Positions 17,356-26,934 of a stretch of 64,000 bases of DNA are shown here, in pieces. The notes under the pieces are model-generated. The model searched no databases and was not told the origin of the DNA. It saw only the letters and a program-made list of their open reading frames with translations. Position numbers and translations under genes: made by a program. How positions within the stretch are numbered: position 1 is the stretch's first letter; every line of letters begins with the position of its first letter. Location: NCBI GenBank assembly GCA_963796955.1, contig CAWCNJ010000005.1, forward strand, positions 192,001 to 256,000. The letters run 5' to 3'. The stretch comes from Endomicrobiales bacterium (lineage in GTDB: Bacteria; Elusimicrobiota; Endomicrobiia; Endomicrobiales; JALOBY01).

Positions 17356-18516
17356 ATGATAATAACGCGCGAGATAAATAAAGAGTTGCTGTGTTCCGCC
17401 AAGAAATATCCCGTGGTTACCATCACGGGGCCCCGCCAGTCTGGAAAAACCACCCTTGCAAAAACCGCATTCCCCAAAAAGCCATATTTTAGCATGGAGG
17501 ACCCTGATGTTCGCGAGGCCGCTATCGGTGACCCGCGTGGGTTTTTTGCCGGCCTTAAGGGCGGGGCGGTTATTGATGAAATACAGCGCGCGCCGGTGTT
17601 GTTGTCATATATTCAGGGCATCGTTGACAAAACGGGGAAAACCGGGCAATTCATTCTTACTGGCAGCCAGCAGCTTGAGTTGGCCGGCACCATTTCGCAA
17701 TCTCTGGCGGGCAGAACCGCGATGCTTAAACTTCTGCCGTTTTCCATTGCGGAACTTTCCCAGATGCGGAAACAGCCGCAGGTTGATGATATGCTCTTAA
17801 GCGGTTTTTATCCCAGGGTACATGAGAAAAAGATACAGCCGGCAAAAGCTTACCGGGATTATTTTGAGACCTATATTCAACGGGATCTTAGGCAGCTGAT
17901 ACAGATAAAAGACCTGCACCTATTCCAAAAATTTGTCAGGCTGTGCGCGGGCAGGATAGGCAGCATATTTGTAGCTAGCAATCTTGCTAATGAGGTTGGG
18001 GTCTCTATTACTACCATACAATCATGGGTCTCTATACTAGAAGCTTCCTATATAGTATTTTTGCTGCAGCCATATTACGAAAATATAGGAAAACGGCTGA
18101 TTAAATCTCCAAAAATGTATTTTTATGATGTTGGCGTAGCGTCATATTTGCTGGGCATTGAAAATGTTACGCAAATGATGCGTGACCCGTTGCGCGGATC
18201 ATTAATAGAGAACCTGGTGCTTATGGAATTGGTGAAAAAACGGTTGAATGCCGGATTGGATCCCGCGTTGTATTTTTATCGAGACAGCCATCAAAACGAA
18301 GTGGATGTTGTTTTCAAGACCGGGAATGAACTGGTTCCTTATGAAATAAAATCCGCCCAAACATTCCAAATGTCATGGTTCAAGCAGCTTAATTATTTCT
18401 CAGGTGTATTTGCTGGCCGTGTAAAGCGCGGTTATGTGGCCTACACGGGCGAGCACGAACAGAAGATTGGAATATTTCAGCTGATCAAATACAGTAACGC
18501 AGCAAAGTCGCTATAG
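17356..18516 (+). CDS. AAA_14 + DUF4143 ATPase
   Basis: GPRQSGKTT, IDEIQ, LTGS, KSPKMYFYDVG, EVD..EIK; TTGACA-N17-TACTAT-N6-ATG supports a start at 17356. Confidence 0.92.
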   Translation: MIITREINKELLCSAKKYPVVTITGPRQSGKTTLAKTAFPKKPYFSMEDPDVREAAIGDPRGFFAGLKGGAVIDEIQRAPVLLSYIQGIVDKTGKTGQFILTGSQQLELAGTISQSLAGRTAMLKLLPFSIAELSQMRKQPQVDDMLLSGFYPRVHEKKIQPAKAYRDYFETYIQRDLRQLIQIKDLHLFQKFVRLCAGRIGSIFVASNLANEVGVSITTIQSWVSILEASYIVFLLQPYYENIGKRLIKSPKMYFYDVGVASYLLGIENVTQMMRDPLRGSLIENLVLMELVKKRLNAGLDPALYFYRDSHQNEVDVVFKTGNELVPYEIKSAQTFQMSWFKQLNYFSGVFAGRVKRGYVAYTGEHEQKIGIFQLIKYSNAAKSL

Positions 18517-18545
18517 AGTATCGGTGTCAGACGAGATCATATTAA

Positions 18546-18901
18546 ATGAAGACAGGCATTTATAAGAACATTGTAGTTATTATTGCACTCGTGGGGCTTG
18601 GCGGCTGCGCGACAGTTTTTAACGACCAGGAGCGAAGTGACTTGGTGCGTCTTGAAAACAACGGTGATTCCGCGCTTTTGCAAAACAAGGCGGTTACCAG
18701 AAGCATATTACTTGCTCATTTTAAGAAATGGAAGGGCACAAAGTACGTATACGGCGGCTCGGGTAGAAATGGCATTGATTGCTCGGGATTCATCTACCAG
18801 GCATTCTTATCAGAGTTTGGCATACAACTGCCCAGAGAAAGCATCGTACAGGGCGAAGTCGGCTACGATATTCCCGTTGAACTTCTTCAGCCGGGTGACC
18901 T
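18546..18901 (+). pseudogene. Truncated duplicate of the NlpC/P60 lipoprotein gene
   Basis: Near-identical to 19073..19428; diverges after LQPGDL and lacks the HAGIY histidine. Confidence 0.85.
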
Positions 18902-19072
18902 TGACAATCAGGGACGTTGTCAAGATGTCAAGATACTGAATAGTTCGACCATAGCACTAAGGCAGGAATTATTTGAAACGATCGTTTCCTGTCCGGTAGG
19001 CGGGCTGAAACTCAACGGGGTCAGCTCTTGAAACTGGAAGCAGTGGAATAGTGTCAGACGAGATTGTATTAA

Positions 19073-19588
19073 ATGAAGACAGGCATTTATAAGAGCATTG
19101 TAGTTATTATTGCACTCGTGGGGCTTGGCGGCTGCGCGACAGTTTTTAACGACCAGGAGCGAAGCGACTTGGTGCGTCTTGAAAATAACGGTGATTCCGC
19201 GCTTTTGCAAAACAAGGCGGTTACCAGAAGCATATTGCTTGCTCATTTTAAGAAATGGAAGGGCACAAAGTACGTATACGGCGGCTCGGGCAGAAATGGC
19301 ATTGATTGCTCAGGATTCATCTGCCAGGCATTCTTGTCAGAGTTTGGCATACAACTGCCCAGAGAAAGCATCATACAGGGCGAAGTCGGCTACGATATTC
19401 CCGTTGAACTTCTTCAGCCGGGTGACCTGGTGTTCTTTAAGCTGGGCGTAAACCAGAACCACGCGGGAATATATCTGGACAATAACGATTTCATCCATGC
19501 CGCATTAAGCAAAGGCGTAACGCGCTCCAGCCTGAATGACCCATACTGGCATGCCAGGTTCTGGAAAGCCCGAAGGGTCAGCAAATAG
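19073..19588 (+). CDS. NlpC/P60 (C40) lipoprotein endopeptidase
   Basis: LGGC lipobox, YVYGG..GIDCSGF, LQPGDLVFF, HAGIY and FIHA. Confidence 0.93.
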   Translation: MKTGIYKSIVVIIALVGLGGCATVFNDQERSDLVRLENNGDSALLQNKAVTRSILLAHFKKWKGTKYVYGGSGRNGIDCSGFICQAFLSEFGIQLPRESIIQGEVGYDIPVELLQPGDLVFFKLGVNQNHAGIYLDNNDFIHAALSKGVTRSSLNDPYWHARFWKARRVSK

Positions 19589-19724
19589 GGGCTATCCGGG
19601 ACGGAGTCAACTTGATAACTTAACGGTACTGTGTTGGGGCATGGGACACTGATCCCGATCAATGGGAATCTATAATGAATAATAGGGACATCCTTGGGTA
19701 ATTAGTTGTTGAAAGGAGCGGGAA

Positions 19725-19973
19725 ATGCGGCGCAATAGCAGGGGGATCTCTATCGTTGGGGTTGTGGTGGCGTTGTTGGTGATCGGCGGTTTGTATCTTT
19801 GGTACACGCGGGGCGGGCTGAAGGACGCGGCCCGCAATGCCCAGGACCGGTACACGGGGGATGTTATCGGCAAAGTGCAGACGAAAACGCTGGCCCAGGA
19901 CGCGGCCAACAAGGCGAATGACGCCGTAAAGAATATGGAAGACCAAACTAACAAGGCCCTGGATCAGAATTAA
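19725..19973 (+). CDS. Small membrane-anchored protein with prepilin-like N-terminus
   Basis: Basic residues, then G|ISIVGVVVALLVIGG hydrophobic segment; AAGGAG RBS. Confidence 0.55.
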   Translation: MRRNSRGISIVGVVVALLVIGGLYLWYTRGGLKDAARNAQDRYTGDVIGKVQTKTLAQDAANKANDAVKNMEDQTNKALDQN

Positions 19974-19994
19974 CTTAAGAGGTGACAAGCTGAC

Positions 19995-20246
19995 ATGAAA
20001 GCGACCGTGAAGCGCTGCGGTAAGATCATCGGGCGCGGTCACAACCGGAGGGTGCAAAAGATAGGCGAAAACACAACCTTCAAGGGCCCGGAAAGCTACT
20101 CTCGCAGGCGAGGCGTAAAACTGATAAACCTTAACCTTCCCGAATGCAAGGAAATGATGAAGAGCTTTACAGCCGGAAAACCGAAATTATGGAATGAAGA
20201 CATCGGGGTTTGTAGGGGTCGCAGACAAGTAGATCGTCAACAATAA
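19995..20246 (+). pseudogene. Cytosine/nucleoside deaminase remnant with internal deletion
   Basis: GKIIGRGHNRRVQK is joined directly to IGENTTF..ECKEMM..LWNEDIG; HxE and PCxxC zinc motifs are missing. Confidence 0.75.
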
Positions 20247-20259
20247 GGGCGGACAGCTG

Positions 20260-21039
20260 ATGAAAAAACGTATGCCGGTTATATTTATCGGGCACGGCTC
20301 ACCGATGAATGCGCTGCAGGACAACGCGTTTACAAAAACGCTTCATGTGGTGGCGCAAAGCATGGAAACGCCAAAAGCTATTGTCTGCATTTCGGCCCAC
20401 TGGCAAACCAACGGCACATATATTACCGGTTCGAGCGAACCGGAGCAGATCTACGATTTTTACGGTTTCCCGCAAGAACTGTATGACATTAAGTATAAAC
20501 CGAAAGGCGCGCCGGCGCTTGCAAAAGAGACGAAGCGGCTTTTGCTGGGCGCTAATGCCGGTTTAGACATGGCCCGGGGTATTGACCATGGGACGTGGGC
20601 TGTGCTTAAACACCTCTACCCTCAGTGCAATGTTCCGGTAATTCAGATCAGTCTGGACGCGGCGAAACCCTCGCGGGAACATTTTGCTATTGGCAGGTTG
20701 TTATCTGAGTTACGGAATGAAGGTGTGCTTATCATAGGAAGCGGCAATATAGTTCATAACCTCTCTATGATAGACTGGGCACAGTTCGCAAAACACTCGC
20801 CCGGGTGGGCGCTGGATTTTGACAGATATGTTAAAGACGCACTGAACGCAGGGAACGATGATAAACTTATAGCCTACGGCGACAACCGCAGTGCGGCCTA
20901 TGCCGTTGCAACAAACGAGCATTATCTCCCCATGCTGTATGCCTGCGCTTTAAGGAGCAAGGGGGAAAAACTCGAGTACATCCATGAGGGTTTCCAGCAC
21001 GCATCAATTTCAATGCGCAGTTTTGTGATAGGGTTATAA
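20260..21039 (+). CDS. ygiD: 4,5-DOPA dioxygenase extradiol (LigB family)
   Basis: FIGHGSPMNA, ISAHW, YDFYGFP, GIDHGTW, GSGNIVHNL and EHYLP. Confidence 0.9.
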   Translation: MKKRMPVIFIGHGSPMNALQDNAFTKTLHVVAQSMETPKAIVCISAHWQTNGTYITGSSEPEQIYDFYGFPQELYDIKYKPKGAPALAKETKRLLLGANAGLDMARGIDHGTWAVLKHLYPQCNVPVIQISLDAAKPSREHFAIGRLLSELRNEGVLIIGSGNIVHNLSMIDWAQFAKHSPGWALDFDRYVKDALNAGNDDKLIAYGDNRSAAYAVATNEHYLPMLYACALRSKGEKLEYIHEGFQHASISMRSFVIGL

Positions 21040-21139
21040 TAGAGTAACCTGCTATTTTGTCAGGAAGTTGCCAACGATGGCAAAATAGCCGCCAATATCG
21101 GAAGACAAAAATGAATAGAGCAATACAGTTGGGGCGGAT

Positions 21140-21646
21140 ATGAAGAAGAAAGTAATCGTCAACGATATGATGCAGAAGAATTACTGTTATGAATTGGTTG
21201 AGAAACCGGGTTGCAATTTTGATGAGCGTTTTAATCCGGAATTGACGCCGAAACAGATGCTGAGGCTGGGTGTCTTTGGCGGCAAATATATGACTGATTG
21301 CCGGAAAGAATTTCCCGCGGATTGGTTTGCCGGCGCGAAATTGTGCCGCGAACGGCATGATGCCTCGCTGAATTATTTTAAGGTTAACGCCAGCCAGCCG
21401 CTCTCCGTGTGGCGAAAGAAAGGGTGGATATACAGCTCCGATCCGAGAGGCTGGTTCCAGTGGTACTGTAGGTACTATAGCGGGCGGCGCCTGCCTGCTG
21501 AGGACAATATCCAAATAGTACGGTGGCTTGCCATTCGCCGCCATGGAGCGCAGCTGCGAAAGAATTGCGCGCCCGGAGATATTGCGTGCAGGCCCAGACA
21601 ACGCCAGGCGTTGTTACACTGGGCGTATGACAGCAGGGAAATATAG
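21140..21646 (+). CDS. Conserved hypothetical protein
   Basis: PELTPKQMLRLGVFGGKY, DPRGWFQWYCRYYSGRR and RQALLHWAYD conserved-looking blocks. Confidence 0.75.
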   Translation: MKKKVIVNDMMQKNYCYELVEKPGCNFDERFNPELTPKQMLRLGVFGGKYMTDCRKEFPADWFAGAKLCRERHDASLNYFKVNASQPLSVWRKKGWIYSSDPRGWFQWYCRYYSGRRLPAEDNIQIVRWLAIRRHGAQLRKNCAPGDIACRPRQRQALLHWAYDSREI

Positions 21647-21673
21647 AAGACCCCATATTTATAAGGCGGTGCG

Positions 21674-22060
21674 ATGGCTTACATTGTTTGGCAGCGTAAC
21701 TATTCTGTAGGCGTTCCTTCCATTGACTTGCAGCATGAAAAACTGGTCGGCATAATTAATACCTTATATGACCGTGTAAGCAATGGGAAGGCGTCGGAAG
21801 GGTTTAGTGAATTATTGAACCAATTGCGCGCCTATGCTGATTATCATTTTCGTCACGAGGAAATTTTGCTTGGGGATGTAAATTATAGCGATCTAAAAGA
21901 GCAAAACAGCAGTCACAACGCTTATCGCGCACGAATGGCTGCACTGTCAGGCGCGGAGTGCGACCCCACAGAGTTGCTGGCGTTCCTTAAAGATTGGTGG
22001 GTGAACCACATAACCAAATCAGACATGCTGTATAAAGATGCGCTTAAAGGAACACCGTAG
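21674..22060 (+). CDS. Bacteriohemerythrin
   Basis: W..YSVGV.SIDLQH, HFRHEE and WWVNHI..SD; one His ligand may be substituted. Confidence 0.85.
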   Translation: MAYIVWQRNYSVGVPSIDLQHEKLVGIINTLYDRVSNGKASEGFSELLNQLRAYADYHFRHEEILLGDVNYSDLKEQNSSHNAYRARMAALSGAECDPTELLAFLKDWWVNHITKSDMLYKDALKGTP

Positions 22061-22095
22061 ATCGATAGAGTCGGTCTTGCCGAAAAAGGATTTTT

Positions 22096-22497
22096 ATGTC
22101 AACGAGCATGCGCTACGAAATAGACACGCAGGCGGGCCTTGTGTGTATTACTTACACGGAAAACCTTCTCAGTTTTTTTGAATGGAATAAGGTAATGAAC
22201 CTTATTCTTCATGACCCGCTTTTTAAGCCGGGGTACGGCTTTCTGATCGATCGCCGCAGTATTACCGTCGTCCCGGAAAAGGGTTTCGGTAAAAGTGTTG
22301 CTTTGTATATCCAGGCGCATATTCAGGAATTGCGGGATAGCCATTTCGCGGTGGTCGTCAGCGGGCTGGCGACGTATGGGATAATGCGTATGCTGCAAGG
22401 GTTTATGGGCGAGACCGAGCATTTTATGATATATCGCGATATCGAAAAAGCGAAGCAGTGGCTGGCAGAAAAAGCCGCGGGCACCGTGGAACGCTGA
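22096..22497 (+). CDS. STAS/SpoIIAA-like hypothetical protein
   Basis: LIDRR, FAVVV..YGIMRM and EKAKQWL pattern. Confidence 0.55.
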   Translation: MSTSMRYEIDTQAGLVCITYTENLLSFFEWNKVMNLILHDPLFKPGYGFLIDRRSITVVPEKGFGKSVALYIQAHIQELRDSHFAVVVSGLATYGIMRMLQGFMGETEHFMIYRDIEKAKQWLAEKAAGTVER

Positions 22498-22680
22498 TAA
22501 GAAATACCCACGCGGCACAATGGGAGATAGGATGCGTTTAAAACGGGTGAATACCGCCGAGAAAGAAAAAGCATCGAATGTGATACAGCGTCTACGCGCG
22601 GACTTTTCCATAGAGCATGTTGTTGAAAAAGACAGGTAACACCGGCAGGGTTTTAGATATTAATACGTACTAAGGAAGCT

Positions 22681-22923
22681 ATGGCTGAACACACGTCTAA
22701 AGACCCTTTGCACGGGGTTACCCTGGAAAAGATACTTGAGCACCTGGTTACAACCTATGGCTGGCCGAAGCTTGCAGAGATCATTGTTGTGCGGTGTTTT
22801 TATAACGAGCCGAGTATAAAGTCCAGCTTAAAGTTCCTGCGCAAAACACCCTGGGCGCGCAAAGCCGTTGAAGACCTGTGGGTACGGACAACCGCCCGCC
22901 AGGCCCAGGAACGGCGCAGTTAG
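22681..22923 (+). CDS. VF530 (DUF2132) DNA-binding protein
   Basis: [32 protein letters not shown]. Confidence 0.9.
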   Translation: MAEHTSKDPLHGVTLEKILEHLVTTYGWPKLAEIIVVRCFYNEPSIKSSLKFLRKTPWARKAVEDLWVRTTARQAQERRS

Positions 22924-22961
22924 ATATTCGATAATGTTGTGACATTGTAGAGCGCATTGGC

Positions 22962-23918
22962 TTACCCTACCAACACCCGCAGGCGCCGCGGTTCTTCTCC
23001 CAGCCAGGCGGGGTTGGAGGCAGTGCCGTCGAATAGGGATGTAGTTTTGAACGGCTCGAATTGGCCGTGCGCGGCAGCCGAGGCTGTTCTTTGCAGCAGC
23101 GCGCTCACCTGCTCCGCGCTGAGCGGGCGGAATGTGCGGGCCGCCTCGAAGGCCTGATCAAGTATTTTCATGCTGTCTATCCCGGTTATTACCACGGACG
23201 TCGGAAGGTTCATGGCGTAATGCAGACATTCCACGGCGCTTACCGTTTTGGAGCTGAGTATTATACCGTCGGCCATGCATTTCATTCCTAGAACACCGAT
23301 GTTATGTTTTACCAGTTCCGGCAGCACCTCTTTTTCAAAGCTTCTGAAATGCGCGTCCATAACGTTCAGCGGCATCTGAACGGCATCGAATGAAAAATTG
23401 TGCGCGGCCGCGACCGCGAGCATACGCAGATGTATCTTCGGGTCTTTGTGCCCCGTAAAGCCGATGAAGCGCAGCTTGCCGGCCTTGCGCGCGGCGATAA
23501 GGGCGGCATTCGCGCCTTCCTCATCGAAGATCCTGTCGGGATCATCGAACCTGATAACCTCATGGTGCTGCACAAGGTCAATGGTCTCTACCTTCAGCCT
23601 GCGCAGCGATGCCTCCAGCTGCCGGGTAGCCTCCGAGGCCGAGCGTCCGTCTATCTTGGTCATAAGGAACGCTTTTTCCCTGTAGCCCTCGCCCAGCGCC
23701 TTGCCCATGCGCAATTCGCACGCCCCGTCGAAATAATCCCAGGAATTATCCATAAAATTAATACCCCGGTCTATGGCTGAGCGTACAATGCGCATGCTTA
23801 ACTGTTCGCTGACAGCCGGCTGCCCCAGGTGCCACCCTCCAAGGCCGATAGCTGAGACCTGTTCGCCGGTACTGCCAAGTAATCTGTATTGCATCTCTTC
23901 AACAGGGATAGAATTCAT
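22962..23918 (-). CDS. Aldo/keto reductase
   Basis: VSAIGLGG, GINFMDNSWDY, SLRRL..IDL and GKLRFIGFTGH. Confidence 0.9.
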   Translation of the reverse strand: MNSIPVEEMQYRLLGSTGEQVSAIGLGGWHLGQPAVSEQLSMRIVRSAIDRGINFMDNSWDYFDGACELRMGKALGEGYREKAFLMTKIDGRSASEATRQLEASLRRLKVETIDLVQHHEVIRFDDPDRIFDEEGANAALIAARKAGKLRFIGFTGHKDPKIHLRMLAVAAAHNFSFDAVQMPLNVMDAHFRSFEKEVLPELVKHNIGVLGMKCMADGIILSSKTVSAVECLHYAMNLPTSVVITGIDSMKILDQAFEAARTFRPLSAEQVSALLQRTASAAAHGQFEPFKTTSLFDGTASNPAWLGEEPRRLRVLVG

Positions 23919-24106
23919 AGAATAGCTCCTGATTATTGAACTGCCGATATTCTTCTAATGTCCATGACCAGCACTTTTATATAATTAGTAGATATCGACA
24001 GGCTACCATAATGAAGGGTTCAAATTACATAGTCCGATACCCCCGGCGGCTGTCCGTATTCTGGAGGTTTGTCGGGGTGCACCGGCCCCGGACAATACGA
24101 AATAAA

Positions 24107-24138
24107 AGACCACACCCTGTTACCGTGTGGTCTTTTTG
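24107..24138. terminator. Bidirectional intrinsic terminator-like hairpin
   Basis: aaaagaccacac..gtgtggtcttttt. Confidence 0.6.
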
Positions 24139-24186
24139 TTTAGAGTTACTTGAGCGATTTGTTGTTAATGGAAGGTGAATAACCCG

Positions 24187-24738
24187 CTATTTTGTAAGGA
24201 AGATACCGACGATAGCAAAATACCCTCCGCACAATGCCAATATGGAGCCGACGTACCATAGGGGACGCCGTTTGGTGATCAATGTAACCGACGAGAGCAT
24301 TATGGCTATCTGCAAAAAGATAAGGGCAATGCTTAGCTTGCCTGAGCGTTGTTGATTCAGTAGTTTATCGGCTTCCATTGCTTCGGCTTGTTTCTTGATG
24401 TCGTCCTTTTCAGCGCCGTAGCGAGTGATGTTGGAAGCATCCAGCTCTATGGTTTTATCAAATTGCTGCTGAACGCTTTTGGTGAATACACATCGTTGGG
24501 CCGCCAGCTGAAGTTCCAGATTCTGTTTTTGTATCTCGTAAGCGTGCTGTTTTATGCTTTTGGCCTGGTAGTACGACCACTGGTTGGTTATCTGCCCCTG
24601 CAAAAGGGCGGTGCGCGACGAGTATTTGCCCATATACAACGTTACAACGCCCGCAACAACGGCCATTATGGACAGTGACAAAGCAACCCATATGGTCCAG
24701 GTTTCTGTTTTGTTATCGCTCACTTTTTCGCTCCTCAT
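24187..24738 (-). CDS. DUF4337 family membrane protein
   Basis: NQWSYYQAKSIK and FLQIAIMLSSV; three TM segments. Confidence 0.8.
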   Translation of the reverse strand: MRSEKVSDNKTETWTIWVALSLSIMAVVAGVVTLYMGKYSSRTALLQGQITNQWSYYQAKSIKQHAYEIQKQNLELQLAAQRCVFTKSVQQQFDKTIELDASNITRYGAEKDDIKKQAEAMEADKLLNQQRSGKLSIALIFLQIAIMLSSVTLITKRRPLWYVGSILALCGGYFAIVGIFLTK

Positions 24739-24836
24739 TTCGCTGAAGTGTGAACATTATACAAAAGTTCACATAAATCCTACAAACAACGCATATTTTA
24801 AAAGGGAATAATTTTTCTGAACTTACTGCTGGTGTG

Positions 24837-25742
24837 TTAATGGAAGTAGTCGCGGGCGCCGGTGTCTTTTGAGGAGTTCAGGAGCGGCAGAATAAAGGCA
24901 TTATATTTTGCTTCCGTGCTTGTCGGGTACTCATTGAGTATCTGCTGGTACAGGCGGATCGCGTTGTCGCGGGCGGCTGGGCCCTGCCGGGCGAAATAGC
25001 CGGAGCGCACGGCGGTGAAATCCAAACCGAGTGCGTCCAGCTGCGGGGCGGGGATAACAGAGAGGCACCACAAAGTGTCGTAGGCGCGCGCCAGCGAATA
25101 AAGCGCTTCCAGTCTATAGCGTGTGTCGGGGTGATCGTTCAAAAACCTGGGGATCTCAACAATAACTACTTCCGCGAAACAATTGTGCGGCGGCAGGTCC
25201 ATGAAGGCAGATTCCTTGCGGTAATCGCTTTCCGTCGGTGAATTAAGAAGGTCGATAAAACCTTTCTGTCCCCACATCGTACCGGTGAAATGTTCGCTGA
25301 GCGTGATAAGCGGCGGGTCCACCAACCGGTTTGCCGGATCCTTGTCATACGATATCCCGAATTTCTTAAGTTCCTCCGCGCCGTTGACAGTGGTGTATGC
25401 GGGAAAGCCGAGCGACAACAGGTAATACGCGGCGGCTGTCCTCTCGTCCGATAATGAAGCGCCGTAACAGGTGTTCAATAATTGCAGTAAATCTCCGCTT
25501 GTGGCACGCGGGTTCCCGCACAAGGAGCCTTTTGCCTCGGACAATAGCCGGGCCCGTTCGGCACCCCTCACAAAATATTTCTCCTGCAGGGCATGTTTCA
25601 GCCCGCCTTTGATCCTGGCCGTATCGTTTTGCGGCGCGGCCGGTATTGTCTGCGGTCTTTGCGGAGCCATGGTCTGGCATCCAACAAGAAATGCCGCAAA
25701 CAGCGCACAGCCTAAAGGTAAAAAAATACTTTTTGTATTCAT
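24837..25742 (-). CDS. Lipoprotein with TPR/BamD-like C-terminal motifs
   Basis: LVGC lipobox; FLNDHP..EALYSLA; YQQILNEYPTS; TATAAT-N6-ATG start. Confidence 0.6.
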   Translation of the reverse strand: MNTKSIFLPLGCALFAAFLVGCQTMAPQRPQTIPAAPQNDTARIKGGLKHALQEKYFVRGAERARLLSEAKGSLCGNPRATSGDLLQLLNTCYGASLSDERTAAAYYLLSLGFPAYTTVNGAEELKKFGISYDKDPANRLVDPPLITLSEHFTGTMWGQKGFIDLLNSPTESDYRKESAFMDLPPHNCFAEVVIVEIPRFLNDHPDTRYRLEALYSLARAYDTLWCLSVIPAPQLDALGLDFTAVRSGYFARQGPAARDNAIRLYQQILNEYPTSTEAKYNAFILPLLNSSKDTGARDYFH

Positions 25743-25835
25743 ATAACGATTATAACCCTTTCCTGCGTCCCATTGCAAGCGCCTTGTATTAATTCTACTT
25801 ACATTGTATACTGGTGGCGAAACGAAGGGTTACCA

Positions 25836-26804
25836 ATGACGAAGCGATCTATTTTGCGATGTAGTTATTTTCTGGGCGTGCTGCTTTGTGCTTGTTCGGT
25901 TGCGTCGCACGCGGACCTTGGCGTTGAAAATACCCAGGGGCCCGGTTCGTACCAGGACAGCGTATTAAACCTCGATGCGGATCTGACAAACCAATTAAAT
26001 TTTGCAATTGGTTATGAGCAGGCAGCCAGTTCTACCTCAACTTCCGGGGACATTACTAAAACCTACACCGCCGCTCTTACCTTCAAGCCGCTTGGGCACT
26101 ATTCATTCGGTCTGAATGGTTCTAACTCGCCTGAAATGAACGACGCCAGATCGACCGGCTGGGGCGCAAATTTTTCGTACACCAGCGCAATGCCGGAAAT
26201 CAGTTCAGATACCGTTGCTGCCGGCGAGAAAGAAGCCGGGCCTGAAAACTTCACCTGGGGCTTTTCGGCGGCATATGGAGCAAATATTTTGGGTGAATAT
26301 ATCGATTACAACACTTATCAGAAAAAGTCATTAAGAAAGGGCAAGTTTATTCTTCTCGCAGTCGACCACTCAGACTGGTACTCACTGAAGCAAACAGTAT
26401 GCAGCCCCGGCCTCACTTGTACTCTTTTCCAACTGATCGATCTCAACGCCGGCTATTCACGCTATTCTTACGATAAGGACATTGGTATATTTTCGCAGCG
26501 GTTGACGAGGTTATCCGGATCAAAAGGCGTGAAGAACGCGAACTTCGGCGCCGCTACCGGAGCAATCGACGGCTTTCCGGACAATAGTGCCTGCGCCGGT
26601 ATCGCGGTATCGCCGCTTGACTGTTTAAAACTTGAGTATGCATGGTCACGGACAGTATATGTGCTTGATCAGCCGCAGGAGGATTCGTCCACCTTCACGT
26701 TGTACTATACGGTTCTGTCAACTCTGCAATTAAAAGCCGCTTATAATATATTGTCCACGAACGTGGTGTACACAACACTCGGCTTAAAATGGTTATGGCA
26801 ATGA
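25836..26804 (+). CDS. Secreted beta-barrel-like hypothetical protein
   Basis: Signal peptide (ASHA); amphipathic strands; ends LGLKWLWQ. Confidence 0.6.
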   Translation: MTKRSILRCSYFLGVLLCACSVASHADLGVENTQGPGSYQDSVLNLDADLTNQLNFAIGYEQAASSTSTSGDITKTYTAALTFKPLGHYSFGLNGSNSPEMNDARSTGWGANFSYTSAMPEISSDTVAAGEKEAGPENFTWGFSAAYGANILGEYIDYNTYQKKSLRKGKFILLAVDHSDWYSLKQTVCSPGLTCTLFQLIDLNAGYSRYSYDKDIGIFSQRLTRLSGSKGVKNANFGAATGAIDGFPDNSACAGIAVSPLDCLKLEYAWSRTVYVLDQPQEDSSTFTLYYTVLSTLQLKAAYNILSTNVVYTTLGLKWLWQ

Positions 26805-26934
26805 AACCTTTTTTCAATGTATGCAGTCTAAGTTGTGGTTGGCGACACTGAAAGGAGGTGAGGAGCAGTCACGCCAGGTATAGTTACATTAATAAGCGGC
26901 GGGGGAATACTGTTGTTAATCAGGAGAGATACCT

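Noticed and set aside
18524..19428. Diversity-generating retroelement TR/VR pair
   Set aside because: Mismatches are transitions in both directions including C/T, not adenine-specific, and no reverse transcriptase is present.
15760..22923. Classical integron cassette array
   Set aside because: No intI, and I could not find RYYYAAC...GTTRRRY attC hairpins between the genes by eye; IntegronFinder would settle this.
26851..26870. Perfect Shine-Dalgarno (AAAGGAGGTGA) implying a hidden gene
   Set aside because: No suitably spaced start codon with a credible ORF follows it.
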